Positions 62,735-64,000 of a stretch of DNA of 64,000 nt are shown piece after piece; within the stretch, counting starts at the first letter, position 1; every line of letters begins with the position of its first letter. The DNA is from Chrysomallon squamiferum (taxonomy: Eukaryota; Animalia; Mollusca), in the NCBI GenBank assembly GCA_012295275.1, contig CM022678.1, positions 10,354,001 through 10,418,000 on the forward strand. Reading direction: 5' to 3'. The notes below the pieces were generated by a model. That model had not been told where the DNA came from. It ran no database searches and worked only from the letters and a program-made list of their open reading frames with translations. A program made the translations under genes and the position numbers.

Positions 62735-63760
62735 CAACAACAACAACAACAATAACAACAACAACAATAATAATAAGAACAATAATAATGATGATGATGA
62801 TGATGATGATAATAATTTAATAATGATTTAACAACAATTATAATAACAATAACAATAATAATAATGATAATAATAATAATTGTAATAATGATAGTAACAA
62901 CAACAACAACAATAATAATAATAACAACAACAATAAATTAAACAATAAATAATTTTAAAATAAATAACAAAATATACAGAAACAAAAACTTATTACAATA
63001 TCTTTTTTAACAGTAATTATTTAAAAAATACAAATTAAATTTACATAATTAATTATATAGTAATAATAAAATCTAGATACGTTATTGAATCTGCTGCCAC
63101 TAAAACAGCGTTAAAAGAACAATTTTATTAATTTGCTTTTCTGTATTAAAATGCTAAAAATGTCATTGCACCTGTCGATATTAAACTGACAAATTACCTT
63201 GGAATTAATCAAAACAGATGACCCTGGTTTATTTTGGTAGTGTAAAACAATACATAATTTCATGTCTAAAATAATACGAAATAATTCTCAGATTAACATT
63301 TTCACTGATAGAAAAAATGTGTGGGTGTCAAAATATAACCAGTATATATGACATTATCATACTGCACTGAACCCAGTATCAGTTCCACAACATAGAATTA
63401 ATAAAAATGCGAGGAATAATTTGTCATTATTTTACATAATAAATTTAACAAAAAAGATTGATTCCAAATAAAAAATTGCAGACGTGAAAGATTAATTCCA
63501 AATAAAAAATTGCAGACGTGAAAGATTAATTCCGAATAAAATATTTCAGGCGTGGATTTGAAGTGATCAATGAAACTTCTTTAATAAATTACCTTCGTTA
63601 CATTCACAGTGAGAATCCAAAAACGTGAGCGTCTGCCCTGTGGCAGCCTCGTACCCGTACAGACGTCCACGTATCAGTCCCTGACGTCTGTCAGTCCTGA
63701 TTATCTTTACTGGTACAGGAAGTCTGGCAACGTGATCTTCTAATGGTGCCTTTAAATATC
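57686..63760 (-). CDS. GALNT: Polypeptide N-acetylgalactosaminyltransferase (GT27), 3' part; 5' exons lie beyond the window
   Basis: Exons 63593-63760 ([21 protein letters not shown], DxH), 62458-62671 ([10 protein letters not shown]), 61297-61414 ([25 protein letters not shown]), 60719-60895 ([22 protein letters not shown]), 59922-60050 ([22 protein letters not shown]), ricin-B lectin exons 59484-59591, 58621-58758, 57686-57805 ([17 protein letters not shown]). Phases are consistent. Confidence 0.95.
58957..59126. repeat. Near-perfect ~170-bp palindrome (hairpin) in a GALNT intron
   Basis: The arm tcgatta..cccctcaagtgcgtg..ctgcaaagc..tcacgtgttaatcagctgaccgttacgtcatgga.tcag is followed by its reverse complement, centre near 59042. 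Confidence 0.9.
61670..62120. repeat. Degenerate tandem repeat (ttttcatgaatgaattat core) in a GALNT intron
   Basis: Many imperfect copies of tcatgaatgaa/ttaattat. Confidence 0.6.
63461..63556. repeat. 34-bp tandem repeat, ~3 copies
   Basis: attccaaataaaaaattgcagacgtgaaagatta x2 plus one degenerate copy. Confidence 0.8.
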
Positions 63761-64000
63761 CTGCAAACAGCAAATACTGATAATTAAAGAGCCATGAATA
63801 TTTTATACCAAAACTGATATAATAATAATAATAATAATAATAATTTTTGAAAATAATGATAAATAAAAAATCACATTTCTTCTACAAAAATAATTTACTT
63901 TTAATATAATACAGTGAATGTTTTTTTTATGAAGCTGCTCTACCATAATTACTAATAGCATAATGTCAAAATAAACTGTCTCTCTCTCTCTCTCTCTCTC

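Overview
AT-rich, microsatellite-dense metazoan genomic DNA with spliced genes, all on the minus strand. A mollusc-like invertebrate is my guess from Ig-domain style and repeat content; it is unproven. Most ORF-track entries are microsatellite artefacts. Manual exon reconstruction shows: (1) 0.9-45.5 kb, a tandem cluster of four paralogous kinase-less type I receptor genes (signal peptide - CUB - 1 to 7 Ig domains - GxxxG TM - tyrosine-motif cytoplasmic mini-exons - terminal ITAM-like exon YSKL-x9-YxxI). Copy A is CUB+7 Ig, B is a pseudogene, C is CUB+5 Ig and D is CUB+1 Ig ending in YEEI. The copies show exon shuffling, mosaicism and divergent distal domains. (2) 46.6-50.8 kb, a micro-exon gene missed by the ORF track that encodes a ~66-aa secreted acidic Tyr-rich peptide precursor with duplicated alternative 3' ends. 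(3) 57.7-63.8 kb, the 3' part of a divergent polypeptide GalNAc-transferase (GALNT). There are also Tc1, hAT/Buster and MITE relics, a 170-bp palindrome and minisatellites. All exon coordinates and translations were derived by hand, with no expression or database evidence.
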